From Vampirovibrionaceae bacterium NZW_1234 (lineage in GTDB: Bacteria; Cyanobacteriota; Vampirovibrionia; Vampirovibrionales; JAGQHJ01), in the NCBI GenBank assembly GCA_041697335.1, contig JBGUGD010000002.1, positions 96,001 to 160,000 of the forward strand: a stretch of DNA of 64,000 nt, in the 5' to 3' direction. The notes beneath the pieces were generated by a model, which had not been told where the DNA came from, made no database searches, and was given only the letters and a program-made list of their open reading frames with translations. The position numbers and the translations under genes are program-made. Shown piece after piece: positions 30,201 to 38,651 of the stretch; positions within the stretch are counted from its first letter, which is position 1; each line of letters starts with the position of its first letter.

Positions 30201-30679
30201 CGTCTGCGCTAGGCGGTGAGTACGTAAAAACCGAATGGGGCGTTCACCAGATAAAAATGCCGGATGGCTCCTATCGTTTATATCCGGCATCCGAGGTGAC
30301 CGCAAGCAATCCGAAACGGGCGCCTAAATTGAAAACGGTCGATGCCAAAACCGCTAGTAATAGCGAAGCATTAGCCAAGGCTGCGAAGGATTGCCTGCGT
30401 GAAGCCTTGCCCACGGAGGCGGAGATCATCAGCTATTTGGAATCGCAAGGTTGGGAAGTCCGTGTGCATAGTGCGGGGAAGCATGGGAAGAACTATATTG
30501 CCACACGAGACGGTAAAACCAAGTATTTCTCCGTAGATAAAGGTAATCAGGGCAGTGGCGGTGATGCCGGTATTCCGCACCAGGGGACCAAGGGCGGAGT
30601 CGTTAAACTGTTTCCCGATGATTCGTATAATTTTGATAAACGCAAATATGGGACCGTTGATTTGGATCCGCTTAAATAA
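27272..30679 (+). CDS. Large polymorphic-toxin-like protein: coiled coils, hydrophobic hairpin, degenerate zincin motif, C-terminal Ntox21/colicin E3-like RNase domain
   Basis: GGAG RBS; GFIMGLVFRGAAAVVGGPVVAVVGAIMMAVMAGG; LAHELAE...PTELRAR; C-terminus YFSVD...H...GGVVKLF...KRKYGTVD. Confidence 0.65.
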   Translation: MLNDFLASTLPLKTEKRSRDGVVDLSIRPRKDSSTLDLLALGMDSPMDEADTGFSGGGIPTLPEDKPRTSRRGVMPWVARNYNNALVSNGPVMFVNNVPADDKPQKTKPQVQREFLQNIYQVIGIWNRRIAALENHIETVMPGKIKVAQARVTELSKDADFVAFPARMKKLQDIDEQIAALMEEASGLREKQVTDGLGSGKSKNQIRREEIQKEVLELQVKRRKLWPDVIKSQQAMINVEKAKQDVKDLESQIPYFKKDLEVYKKAVEELGTAEKGKLKLKGNPFKMDKVDQEVLDVINNFAKNSKRYDPSELLEALAGKGILSDSHNLYVRYLRGSTISDRDIALNGVHDHKRAGELRIRSLEADLKTLQRRQANDETDLAIPKGIKKDGSIPMTEAELEALEEMASVYVNLIALYKFNPIHGSILMADLWDMNSRMMNGNPSTNMLKLFGEAVKDYAKSGKVVEDAAEGFIMGLVFRGAAAVVGGPVVAVVGAIMMAVMAGGLRNKLESIINMTRNVDDTILDGDSDEVKKKKNDLFTQRQAKAMKEFMQHDVIPILPQLLGGLGAGKIGAKGKSPVLADASRRANFAGEKAKIARGRATALEAEAARAKRLADTSKSPQDIARANRLAEIAERLKKAATEAETKAADAKSKLPELAEAVKEAEKATKEYMRAKKSGNRPALEAAEAKLKAAMEKVQRLQDTVGRNNKVRAIDEAQLSEGNIDIRAKNQKPMSLSEAPPDSPMRTAMEKAGLSEEQAKLIDLEFISSNESPSCQMKSDRIKIKLPKNPDGTVRITDLAHELAEAKMRLEAKTNPKLATQLAEAERLAKRYQDAQKAYREALEEVGNPEAVPENIRQQLAEARFAYENSPTELRARAVEMEALSKHAEKSFDATGGVDENLLNLTAEAGEQAANLKTRQRAMERFRDARSVEALEAAEAELTNAGYTDTELGLLRTLKGLRSGLMFPANATGPQIASALGGEYVKTEWGVHQIKMPDGSYRLYPASEVTASNPKRAPKLKTVDAKTASNSEALAKAAKDCLREALPTEAEIISYLESQGWEVRVHSAGKHGKNYIATRDGKTKYFSVDKGNQGSGGDAGIPHQGTKGGVVKLFPDDSYNFDKRKYGTVDLDPLK

Positions 30680-30705
30680 TTGAATTCCAGTGTTAAAGCG
30701 ATTCG

Positions 30706-31101
30706 CTAAAAGCTTTGTTCATGAAACTGATAGGGGACGTTTCGTTTGGCAAAGCGTTTGAATAAGTAGGCGTCGACTTTCTTGCTTAGTTCCAATTCTT
30801 TTGTGGTGTGGGTGGCTCCCACGGTGGTGTCGATGCCGGCCCAGTGGTTGTTGGGCTGGGCTTTAATGGGTGTGACCCGGATGCGAGCCTTGGGAAAACG
30901 TTTCATAATATCTCGAACAAGTGCTTTCAGTTTTTTCATCGACGATGGTGGCCACTCGATATAATCAAAGCCTGTATTGGTCATGACAATGCGTCTGTCG
31001 AGTTTACGCTGGTGATGCCGGATGGGAATCCCCAGGAAAAGCCCAGCGGAAAATCGGGGCGCCGAGGATGAGGAGTAGGAGAGGATTGGGCGGATGTTCA
31101 T
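30706..31101 (-). CDS. Hypothetical protein with N-terminal PRFS motif
   Basis: 131-aa ORF starting MNIRPILSYSSSSAPRFSA; convergent with the toxin-like gene. Confidence 0.65.
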   Translation of the reverse strand: MNIRPILSYSSSSAPRFSAGLFLGIPIRHHQRKLDRRIVMTNTGFDYIEWPPSSMKKLKALVRDIMKRFPKARIRVTPIKAQPNNHWAGIDTTVGATHTTKELELSKKVDAYLFKRFAKRNVPYQFHEQSF

Positions 31102-31270
31102 GAAGAGCGGCCTATGTTGTCCCTTATTATCGAGCTAGCACAATAAAAGGCATCAACATCCAAAATTGCCTAAATGGCCTTGAACACGTGAAGCCGTGTT
31201 TACACACGGCTCTCTTATACCAAGGCGCGACACCAAGGCAAGCCCTTGCGCTCAACGGGTTTTGTGTTGC

Positions 31271-32338
31271 CTACACCATTTGGGATGGATCAAACAGGAC
31301 CTGCTGCCCCAAGGCTTGGGGAAGGGGCTTGTTCGGGTACAGGTGGCGAAAGGCCTTGGGTGAAATGACCCGCCCTCGGGGGGTGCGTTGAATCATCCCG
31401 GCCTGAAGCAGGAAGGGTTCATAGACGTCTTCCAGCGTGCGGATATCTTCCCCAATGGCGGCTGCCAGGGATTCAATCCCCACCGGGCCGCCGGAAAAAC
31501 TCTCGATGATCGTGTTCAGAAGCAGGCGATCGGTGGGATCGAGCCCCAATGGATCAATTTCAAACAGATCCAGTGCTTCTCGGGCGTTAGCAGCGTCGAT
31601 GACGTTGACCTTGTGGCGCACCTGAACAAAGTCTCTGACGCGGCGCAGCAGGCGGTTGGCAATTCGAGGGGTGCCCCGGCTGCGTTGGGCAATGGCCTCG
31701 GCGCCACCGCCATCAATCTCGATGTTGAGGATTTTGGCGGTGCGTTGGACGATTTGAATCAATTCTTCAGTGGTGTAGAAATTCAACCGGTAAACAATGC
31801 CGAACCGGTCCCGAAGCGGACTGGAAATGGAGCCCGCCTTGGTGGTGGCGCCCACCAAGGTAAAGCGAGGTAGTGGCACCCGCAAGGTCTTAGACATATG
31901 GCCCTTGCCCAGGGTTCGGTCCAGGGCAAAGTCTTCCATGGCGGGATACAGAATCTCCTCGGTAACTTTGTTCAGGCGGTGAATTTCGTCAATAAAAATA
32001 ATGTCGCCGAGCTTCAACGCCATTAGCAGGCCCACAATGTCTCGGGGGCGCTCCAAGGCCGGGGCGGAGGTAATATGAACATCGGCACCCATTTCCTGGG
32101 CCAGGACCAAGGCCATGGTGGTCTTGCCCAATCCGGGAGGGCCGTAGAGCAAAATATGATCGAGCGGCTCCTGGCGGTGTTTAGCTGCTTCAAGGCTGAT
32201 GTGAATGGTTTCTTTTAGCTGGCTTTGGCCAATATAGTCTGCCAGCGAATGAGGACGAATGGTTTGCTCTTCTCGCAAATCAAATTCGGTTTGCTTGGAA
32301 TCGGTGATGCCATGGCGCTGGCGGACAATTTCGGCCAT
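31271..32338 (-). CDS. ruvB: Holliday junction helicase RuvB
   Basis: [55 protein letters not shown]. Confidence 0.98.
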   Translation of the reverse strand: MAEIVRQRHGITDSKQTEFDLREEQTIRPHSLADYIGQSQLKETIHISLEAAKHRQEPLDHILLYGPPGLGKTTMALVLAQEMGADVHITSAPALERPRDIVGLLMALKLGDIIFIDEIHRLNKVTEEILYPAMEDFALDRTLGKGHMSKTLRVPLPRFTLVGATTKAGSISSPLRDRFGIVYRLNFYTTEELIQIVQRTAKILNIEIDGGGAEAIAQRSRGTPRIANRLLRRVRDFVQVRHKVNVIDAANAREALDLFEIDPLGLDPTDRLLLNTIIESFSGGPVGIESLAAAIGEDIRTLEDVYEPFLLQAGMIQRTPRGRVISPKAFRHLYPNKPLPQALGQQVLFDPSQMV

Positions 32339-32368
32339 GATGGTCTGCCTCCTCGGGAAATGCTGCCG

Positions 32369-33562
32369 CTAGGACATTGTAACAGTGGGAGTATTATTGC
32401 GGAAATAGCCGGCTCGTTCCAGGACTCGCTGAAGGGCAATCAAGATGGTTTCAACATCCTGAAGGGTGTTTTGTCGCCCAAAGGAGAAACGGAGCGAGCT
32501 TTTGGCTTCATCTGTCGAAGCCCCCATTGCGTGAAGCACATACGAGCCTTCTAACTGGGCACTATGGCAGGCTGAACCGCTGGAAACACTGATGCCTTGA
32601 AGGTCCATGCGGAGGACCAGCGCTTCGCCTTCCAGTGGCGCAAAAGAAACATTGATATTGCCAGGGACACGGTACTCCAGGTTCTTGGGGCCATTAATAC
32701 GTGCTCCCGGGAAACGGTGGACGATGCCGGTCATCAGCTTATCCTGCAAGGTCTTCAGGTGATGCGTGGTTTGGCGCATATCGGTTGCTGCCAAAACCAG
32801 GGCTGTGCTTAGGCCCACGATACCTGGAATATTTTCAGTGCCGGAACGAAGTTCATTTTGCTGTCCTCCGCCGTGAAGCCAAGGGGCAAGGGCTTTTTGC
32901 GCCTTGGAGTTTGTATAGAGAAAGCCGATTCCTTTGGGGCCGTAGAATTTGTGGCCTGAGGCGGAAAGCAGATCAATCGGCATCGTGCGAACATCTATCG
33001 CTAGCTTGCCGATGGTTTGCACGGCATCGGTATGAAACAGAACATCATGTTCGTGGGCAATAGCCCCCAAATTTTCAATGGGCTGCAGTGTGCCCACCTC
33101 GTTATTGCCATGCATAATCGATACCAGCACCGTATCTTTTCGCAGGGCTGCTTTTAAGTCTTCCGGAGCCACAAATCCGTCGGTATCGACCGGTAACCTC
33201 GTAATCTCCCAACCCTGGGATTCCAGCCAGGCACAAGGCTCAAGGATGGCCGAATGTTCAATGCTGGAGGTGATGATATGGCGGCCTTTTTGTTGTAAAC
33301 CGAAAGCCAGGCCCTTCAATGCAAAATTGTTGGACTCCGTCCCACCACTGGTAAAGATAATCCCGTCTGCTCCATCGGCGTTTAAGATTTGTGCAATCTG
33401 GTCTTTTGCCTGTTTGAGTGCCTTGGCAGTTGCTCGGCCATGACTATGAAGGCTGGAGGGGTTTCCAAATTGCTCTGAATAGAAGGGAAGCATTGCTTCA
33501 AGCACTTCGGGGCGGGTCGGAGTGGTGGCTGCGTGATCCACATAAACAGCGGGTTTTGTCAC
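32369..33562 (-). CDS. iscS: Cysteine desulfurase (NifS/IscS family)
   Basis: YVDHAATTP, FTSGGTESNN, HTDAVQ, SGHKFYGPKG, RSGTEN, SSGSAC. Confidence 0.93.
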   Translation of the reverse strand: MTKPAVYVDHAATTPTRPEVLEAMLPFYSEQFGNPSSLHSHGRATAKALKQAKDQIAQILNADGADGIIFTSGGTESNNFALKGLAFGLQQKGRHIITSSIEHSAILEPCAWLESQGWEITRLPVDTDGFVAPEDLKAALRKDTVLVSIMHGNNEVGTLQPIENLGAIAHEHDVLFHTDAVQTIGKLAIDVRTMPIDLLSASGHKFYGPKGIGFLYTNSKAQKALAPWLHGGGQQNELRSGTENIPGIVGLSTALVLAATDMRQTTHHLKTLQDKLMTGIVHRFPGARINGPKNLEYRVPGNINVSFAPLEGEALVLRMDLQGISVSSGSACHSAQLEGSYVLHAMGASTDEAKSSLRFSFGRQNTLQDVETILIALQRVLERAGYFRNNTPTVTMS

Positions 33563-33640
33563 GGGAGCTCCTCAATATTGCACCGGCTTTGGGACATGAT
33601 TATAATAGAAATTCGTTCGGAATTCTTCTTTTGGTCTGTT

Positions 33641-34606
33641 ATGAAGACAATTCTCATTGCTGTTGGGGGTAACGCTCTTTTTGATCTTGAAAACGGGAAC
33701 AATGTGGATCCCTATAAAATTGGGGCCGTCTGTTCCGAGTTGGTCAAAGCGGTTCAATTGGGCTATCAGCCAGTCGTTACCTTTGGTAATGGTCCTCAGG
33801 TGGGTAACTTGCTGGAGATGTCCGAAAAGTATACGCACCCCCCAAAGTGGCCTATTCCGTTAGATGTGTGCGTATCCTGGACCCAGGGCGAGTTGGGCTA
33901 TGTGCTCAGCAAGGAACTTCAGAACCAGCTTCGCCAGAATAATTTGCCTGGAAATGTGATTGCCGTAAACACTACCGTGATTGTGGATGCCGATGATCCG
34001 GCCTTCTGGAATGCGACGAAGCCGGTGGGTAACTTTTTTTCGGCAGCGGATGCCGAAATTCTGTCCAACGAGCGTGGCTGGCAGATGAAGCCGGATAGTA
34101 ACCGCGGCTATCGCCGAGTGGTGCCTTCGCCTAAACCGGTGCGTGTCCTGGAAGAGGAAGCCATTGGACACCTAGTTCGCGGAGGCAGTATTGTGATGGC
34201 TGGAGGTGGTGGTGGCATTCCGATTATTGAAGAAGATGGGGTTTACCGTGGGGTTGAGGCGGTGATTGACAAGGACTACACCGCCTGTATGCTGGCCATG
34301 CGGCTTAAGATTCAGGAGCTGCTGATTTGTACCGCAGTGGATCAGGTGTATCTGCATTACGGCACGCCCGAGCAGGAAGCCCTGGGAACTGTCGATCTGG
34401 TTTCGGCAAAGGCCTATCTCGCTGAAGGTCATTTCCCGCCTGGAAGTATGGGACCCAAGGTGGAAGCCTTGATTCAATTTATTGAGCAAGGTGGCGAACG
34501 TGCCACGCTAACTCGTCTTGAAAGTCTCAGCAAAGCCTTAATCGGGAAGGCCGGCACCCGCTTTGTGCGAGCTTCCGAAGGACAGGATGCTCAATTGGCG
34601 ATGTAA
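33641..34606 (+). CDS. arcC: Carbamate kinase
   Basis: IAVGGNAL, GNGPQVG, TKPVG, RRVVPSP, GGGGIP, EAVIDKD, GSMGPK. Confidence 0.95.
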   Translation: MKTILIAVGGNALFDLENGNNVDPYKIGAVCSELVKAVQLGYQPVVTFGNGPQVGNLLEMSEKYTHPPKWPIPLDVCVSWTQGELGYVLSKELQNQLRQNNLPGNVIAVNTTVIVDADDPAFWNATKPVGNFFSAADAEILSNERGWQMKPDSNRGYRRVVPSPKPVRVLEEEAIGHLVRGGSIVMAGGGGGIPIIEEDGVYRGVEAVIDKDYTACMLAMRLKIQELLICTAVDQVYLHYGTPEQEALGTVDLVSAKAYLAEGHFPPGSMGPKVEALIQFIEQGGERATLTRLESLSKALIGKAGTRFVRASEGQDAQLAM

Positions 34607-34672
34607 CAGTATAATAGTGTCTAAGGCAGTTACTGGCGATAGACTCGCACATTGGAAAAGGGAGCTTGCACT

Positions 34673-34804
34673 GTGAGTGAATATATTTTCAAACTCAAAA
34701 AAGGTGATTTAGAGCTTGAATTGCGAAGCGATGACGCGAAGTTCATCGAAATGCAAATGGAAAACTGGCGTAATACTCTTGTCAATCAACAAGAACGTCA
34801 CTAG
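34673..34804 (+). CDS. 43-aa small protein paralogous to the N-terminal domain of the next gene
   Basis: Not in the ORF track. GTG start after AAGGGAG; MSEYIFKLKKGDLELELRSDDAKFIEMQMENWRNTLVNQQERH. Confidence 0.8.
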   Translation: MSEYIFKLKKGDLELELRSDDAKFIEMQMENWRNTLVNQQERH

Positions 34805-34819
34805 ACCTGCTGGTTGGCC

Positions 34820-36565
34820 ATGGATCTGACTGAGACCCACTACTATCAACTGGATCTGATTCAAGGCGATTTATGTCTTGAACTCGAATCAGATGATCGG
34901 GAATTTATTGCACATCACATGCAGCGCTGGTACGAGATGTTCGGCTACGGAGACGTTCCGGTGAAGACCCGAACAACCACCCCGGAAACCTCTATGGTGT
35001 CCATGTCAGGGCCTGCACCAGTACTGGCATCTGGGTTAGCTCCTGCTGCCGACACGCCTCTGCCCAGTCAAACTCAGTCTCAGGCAACTGATCCGGTGAA
35101 CCAGATGTTGTTGGAGCAGATCACTCAACTTCAGCAACAGGTACAGGTCCTCACGCAACAGCAGCAACTTCAAGTTCAATCAGGGACCGTGCTGCAGACA
35201 CAGGCGGCTTCGATTACGTCCTACTCTTCTATTGCTGCTATTTCTTCCATATCAAGTGCCATCAAACCTTCTCCCGAGGCCAGTGTAGATGTATTTGTCG
35301 CACCGGCACATGAGGAGATGCAAGGTGATTTTGACTCCTTTCTCTCCGTGAAGCCAGAACCGGAGGAAGCCGGGCCAACTTTTGAACACCCTGTCGAAAA
35401 CCCGACAATTACTGTCGAAAATGAAGTAACAATCGTTCCTGAATTTGTACCTGAACCCCAGGAAGCACAAGACTCTTCTGAAAACTTAATGAACTTTCGA
35501 CAGCCTGTTGAAAACATGTCAACTGTTGTCGAATCGTTACAGAGCGAGCCTCCTGATCAAGCCGTATTGGAAGCCCTGCCTGCGCAATCTGTGCCCGAAC
35601 ATTCCGAAGAAGAAGATCTGGATTTGATTTTGGATTCTCTGGCGTCGGATCTGGAAGCACCTTCTGATAACGACCAGCCACCTCCTTCTGTTGAGTTGTC
35701 TGCTGAATCGGTGGAGGGTCCTGTTATTGATTCAGAGTCTCCTGTTGACGACATTTTGGGGGTGCTTGCTCAAGACTTGGAATCCCCCCACATTGATAAA
35801 GAGCCGTCCCGGGTTGCGGAATCGGTTCAGACACTTCCTGATCTCTCAGAATTTATGCCTTCTTCACCCACGCCGGACCTTCAAAACAATAATGAACAAG
35901 CCTTTGATGAGGCTCTGGCAAGTGCGTTTGATCAACAAGGCAGCCCCCCGTCCCTCCCTGAGAAAAATGATGATGAGGAGGAGAAACCGCCTTATTCAAG
36001 ACCGGAAGTGGACTATGATTTTGGTATTCCGCTTCCGGATCCTCCAACGGATCCGGCTGTTCAGAACTTGAGCCTTGAAGTGCTTGAAAACCAAGAGGCC
36101 CAGCCTTTTGAATCTCCCTTCCCCAAGCTTTCTGAAGATGGAGAGGAACTGATAACGCCTGAGCCTGTCAAGGTGGCTCCGCCTCCTCCTATCCCAACGC
36201 CTGAACCCGTGATGATCCCACAGGCCGATCCTCAAAAAATCGCGAGTCTGAATTCCCTTCAAGTGGAGACCTTGGCCGATTTGTATGAAATGGCCCCAGG
36301 AGCTTCACCAGGGTTGGATTATCTGTTGTTATCCGCTTATTATCTTTCCTCGTTCAAGCAAATGGAACGCTATGCACTGAAAAACCTGAATTCGCAGTTA
36401 CTGGTGGCGGGCCTTACCCCTGTTAACCATGGCACTGTGGAAACAGCCGTTTCAAAGGGTTTCATTGAGCTAATCCCCGATACGGTTGGAACAGCACCGG
36501 CTGCTGAATACGCTTTGACGGAAACCGGTATTAATTACGCCTGCTCGCTGATTAAGATGTCTTGA
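34820..36565 (+). CDS. Acidic Pro-rich, largely disordered protein with small N-terminal domain and probable C-terminal winged helix
   Basis: N-terminus YYQLDLIQGDLCLELESDDREFIAHHMQRW; C-terminus AVSKGFIELI...EYALTETGINY. Confidence 0.75.
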   Translation: MDLTETHYYQLDLIQGDLCLELESDDREFIAHHMQRWYEMFGYGDVPVKTRTTTPETSMVSMSGPAPVLASGLAPAADTPLPSQTQSQATDPVNQMLLEQITQLQQQVQVLTQQQQLQVQSGTVLQTQAASITSYSSIAAISSISSAIKPSPEASVDVFVAPAHEEMQGDFDSFLSVKPEPEEAGPTFEHPVENPTITVENEVTIVPEFVPEPQEAQDSSENLMNFRQPVENMSTVVESLQSEPPDQAVLEALPAQSVPEHSEEEDLDLILDSLASDLEAPSDNDQPPPSVELSAESVEGPVIDSESPVDDILGVLAQDLESPHIDKEPSRVAESVQTLPDLSEFMPSSPTPDLQNNNEQAFDEALASAFDQQGSPPSLPEKNDDEEEKPPYSRPEVDYDFGIPLPDPPTDPAVQNLSLEVLENQEAQPFESPFPKLSEDGEELITPEPVKVAPPPPIPTPEPVMIPQADPQKIASLNSLQVETLADLYEMAPGASPGLDYLLLSAYYLSSFKQMERYALKNLNSQLLVAGLTPVNHGTVETAVSKGFIELIPDTVGTAPAAEYALTETGINYACSLIKMS

Positions 36566-37440
36566 TCTTTGGGTAACGGTTCCACATGGATTGTGATGAG
36601 GGAATTGGGGAAGGCATTTTCGAGAGCAGCTTCCAACTGATCGCAATATTCATGGGCTTTTGCCACAGTCATTTCGGGAGAAACCTGTAAGTTAAAAACG
36701 ATCAGTCGATGAGATCCGGAGCGTCGGGTGCGGAGAGAGTCAATCCGGATGGTTTCGTGCTGAGGCATGGTGTGGTGAACAATATCAATGATTTTTTGCA
36801 TTTCCTGTTGAGGTAGGGCCGTATCCATGAGGTGGCTGAACACCTTGCGAATAATATTCACACCGATAGAGAGGATAAGGCCTGCGACGACCAAGGCCGT
36901 GAGGGGATCAAAGATACTATTGCCGGTCACCTTCACCAGAATTAATCCAATGATTACCGCAACGGAACTGAAAACATCAGTACTCAAATGGTGGGCATCG
37001 GCCTCCAGTGCTGTCGACTCTGTTTCTCGAGCAATTCGAAAAAGAACTTGACTCACGATGAAGTCCAGAATCAGCGAAACCACCATAACAATGATGCCGG
37101 CCATCGGTTCCACTGTGATGTGTTGGGGCACGATAAACTTTTGGACCGCCTCCCAGATAATGAAACAGGCGCCGACAATGATGAGCACCGCTTCACAGAG
37201 CCCGGCAAAGTCTTCAAACTTACCGTGACCAAAGGGGTGCTCGGCATCCGGCGGCTCTTCTGCAGCTTGGATCCCGTAAAAGGCGAATAGTGAGGCAACC
37301 AAATCCACAATGGAGTCAATGGCCGAGGCAAGGACACTAATGGAGCCACTAATAATGCCAACCGCCAGTTTCATGGCAATCAAAAAGCAATTCAGGCCAA
37401 CAGAGAGAATAGCACCGAATTGCTTTTTGGAAAGAGTCAT
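36535..37440 (-). CDS. Cation diffusion facilitator (FieF-like)
   Basis: PPDAEHPFGHGKFE, ALEADAHHLSTD, ITIHVEP. Confidence 0.92.
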   Translation of the reverse strand: MTLSKKQFGAILSVGLNCFLIAMKLAVGIISGSISVLASAIDSIVDLVASLFAFYGIQAAEEPPDAEHPFGHGKFEDFAGLCEAVLIIVGACFIIWEAVQKFIVPQHITVEPMAGIIVMVVSLILDFIVSQVLFRIARETESTALEADAHHLSTDVFSSVAVIIGLILVKVTGNSIFDPLTALVVAGLILSIGVNIIRKVFSHLMDTALPQQEMQKIIDIVHHTMPQHETIRIDSLRTRRSGSHRLIVFNLQVSPEMTVAKAHEYCDQLEAALENAFPNSLITIHVEPLPKDQDILISEQA

Positions 37441-37455
37441 TGCTTGAATGCCTTT

Positions 37456-38634
37456 TTAGGCGGTTTGTGGTCGTGCCGAGGAGGACGAACCTTGGTTGGA
37501 CCCTTCTTTTCGGCGACGCCACCAGGCCAGGAGCGAACTGGCCACAAAGATGCTGGAGTAGGTTCCCGTGACAATCCCCAGAATCATGGCCAAAACAAAG
37601 TTTCGGGTAGATTCTCCGCCAAAAAAGTAGAGTGCCAGAAGGGTGAGTAAGGCTGTCATGGATGTATTAATACTTCTGGCCAGGGTTTGATTGAGGCTGA
37701 TATTGACAATCTCAGCAAAGGGCAGCTTCTTAGTGTACAAGATCCGCATATTCTCACGAATCCGGTCGAAAACAACGATGGTGTCGTGAACACTAAAGCC
37801 AACAACCGTCAAAATGGCCGTCACGAACATGCTGTCCACTTCAATGTGGAAGTAATAGCCCAGAATGGAGAAGGCACCCAACATAAACAGCGTGTCATGT
37901 ACCAACGCCACAATGGCCATCATTGCAAAGTCCAGCTGGAACCGGAACGTGAGGTAGATAACAATAAGAGCGTAAGCCAGCAAAAGGCCCCAGGCGGCTT
38001 TAATGAACAATTCTTTGGCAAGGGTCGGGCCAACTCGATTTTTTTGCAACAAAGCAAAGTCGCCAAATTGATTCTTCAAGGCCTTCTGCATGGACACGGT
38101 TTGTTCGGTACTGAGGTCTTGGGTTCTGATGGAAACAATCGACTTAATGTCGGCTTCTTTAGGCGCATTGGCTTCAGAAGCGGCTTTACTGGCTTCTTCT
38201 TTGAACATATCCCGGACGGATTGCGCCTGCTCGGTCGCAGATCCATTTGCTGTTACAGCTTTTGCCGGTGCTGTGTCTTCCTCAGGCTTCAGCTCAGTGG
38301 AAACATTCGCGACGCCTTTCATGCCTACTTCGGCTTTTTGGAGTTGGATAATCGGATTGCTGATACCGGACTTTTCCAGAATGCTGCGCATGGTGGGAAT
38401 GTCTTTTTCCTGATCCAGCTCTTGCATAAAGCCATACTGCAACAGAGTTCCTCCCGTGAAGTCCAGTCCGAGGCGCAGCGGGGCATGGTTGGGGTACTCG
38501 GCCATGGACATCCCCATGACAATTAGGCCAGGAATGGTGACGACCAGAGAAAGAATGATGTAGAGCCAAAACTGTTTGACGACATCAATGGGACCTTTCG
38601 TGTGGACAGTGGCGGTTGATTTTTCTTCAGACAT
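37456..38634 (-). CDS. secF: Protein translocase subunit SecF
   Basis: LGLDFTGGT, VGPTLAKEL, ALVHD, GFSVHDTIVVFDRIREN, GTYSSIFVAS. Confidence 0.96.
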   Translation of the reverse strand: MSEEKSTATVHTKGPIDVVKQFWLYIILSLVVTIPGLIVMGMSMAEYPNHAPLRLGLDFTGGTLLQYGFMQELDQEKDIPTMRSILEKSGISNPIIQLQKAEVGMKGVANVSTELKPEEDTAPAKAVTANGSATEQAQSVRDMFKEEASKAASEANAPKEADIKSIVSIRTQDLSTEQTVSMQKALKNQFGDFALLQKNRVGPTLAKELFIKAAWGLLLAYALIVIYLTFRFQLDFAMMAIVALVHDTLFMLGAFSILGYYFHIEVDSMFVTAILTVVGFSVHDTIVVFDRIRENMRILYTKKLPFAEIVNISLNQTLARSINTSMTALLTLLALYFFGGESTRNFVLAMILGIVTGTYSSIFVASSLLAWWRRRKEGSNQGSSSSARPQTA

Positions 38635-38651
38635 AGTCGGTCCTTTCTCCC

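Noticed and set aside
18195..31160. Shared sigma28-like promoter (tcgatgta/ctcgataa) upstream of candidate effector genes
   Set aside because: Only weak -10-like matches, no consistent -35 element, and a similar word occurs before accD.
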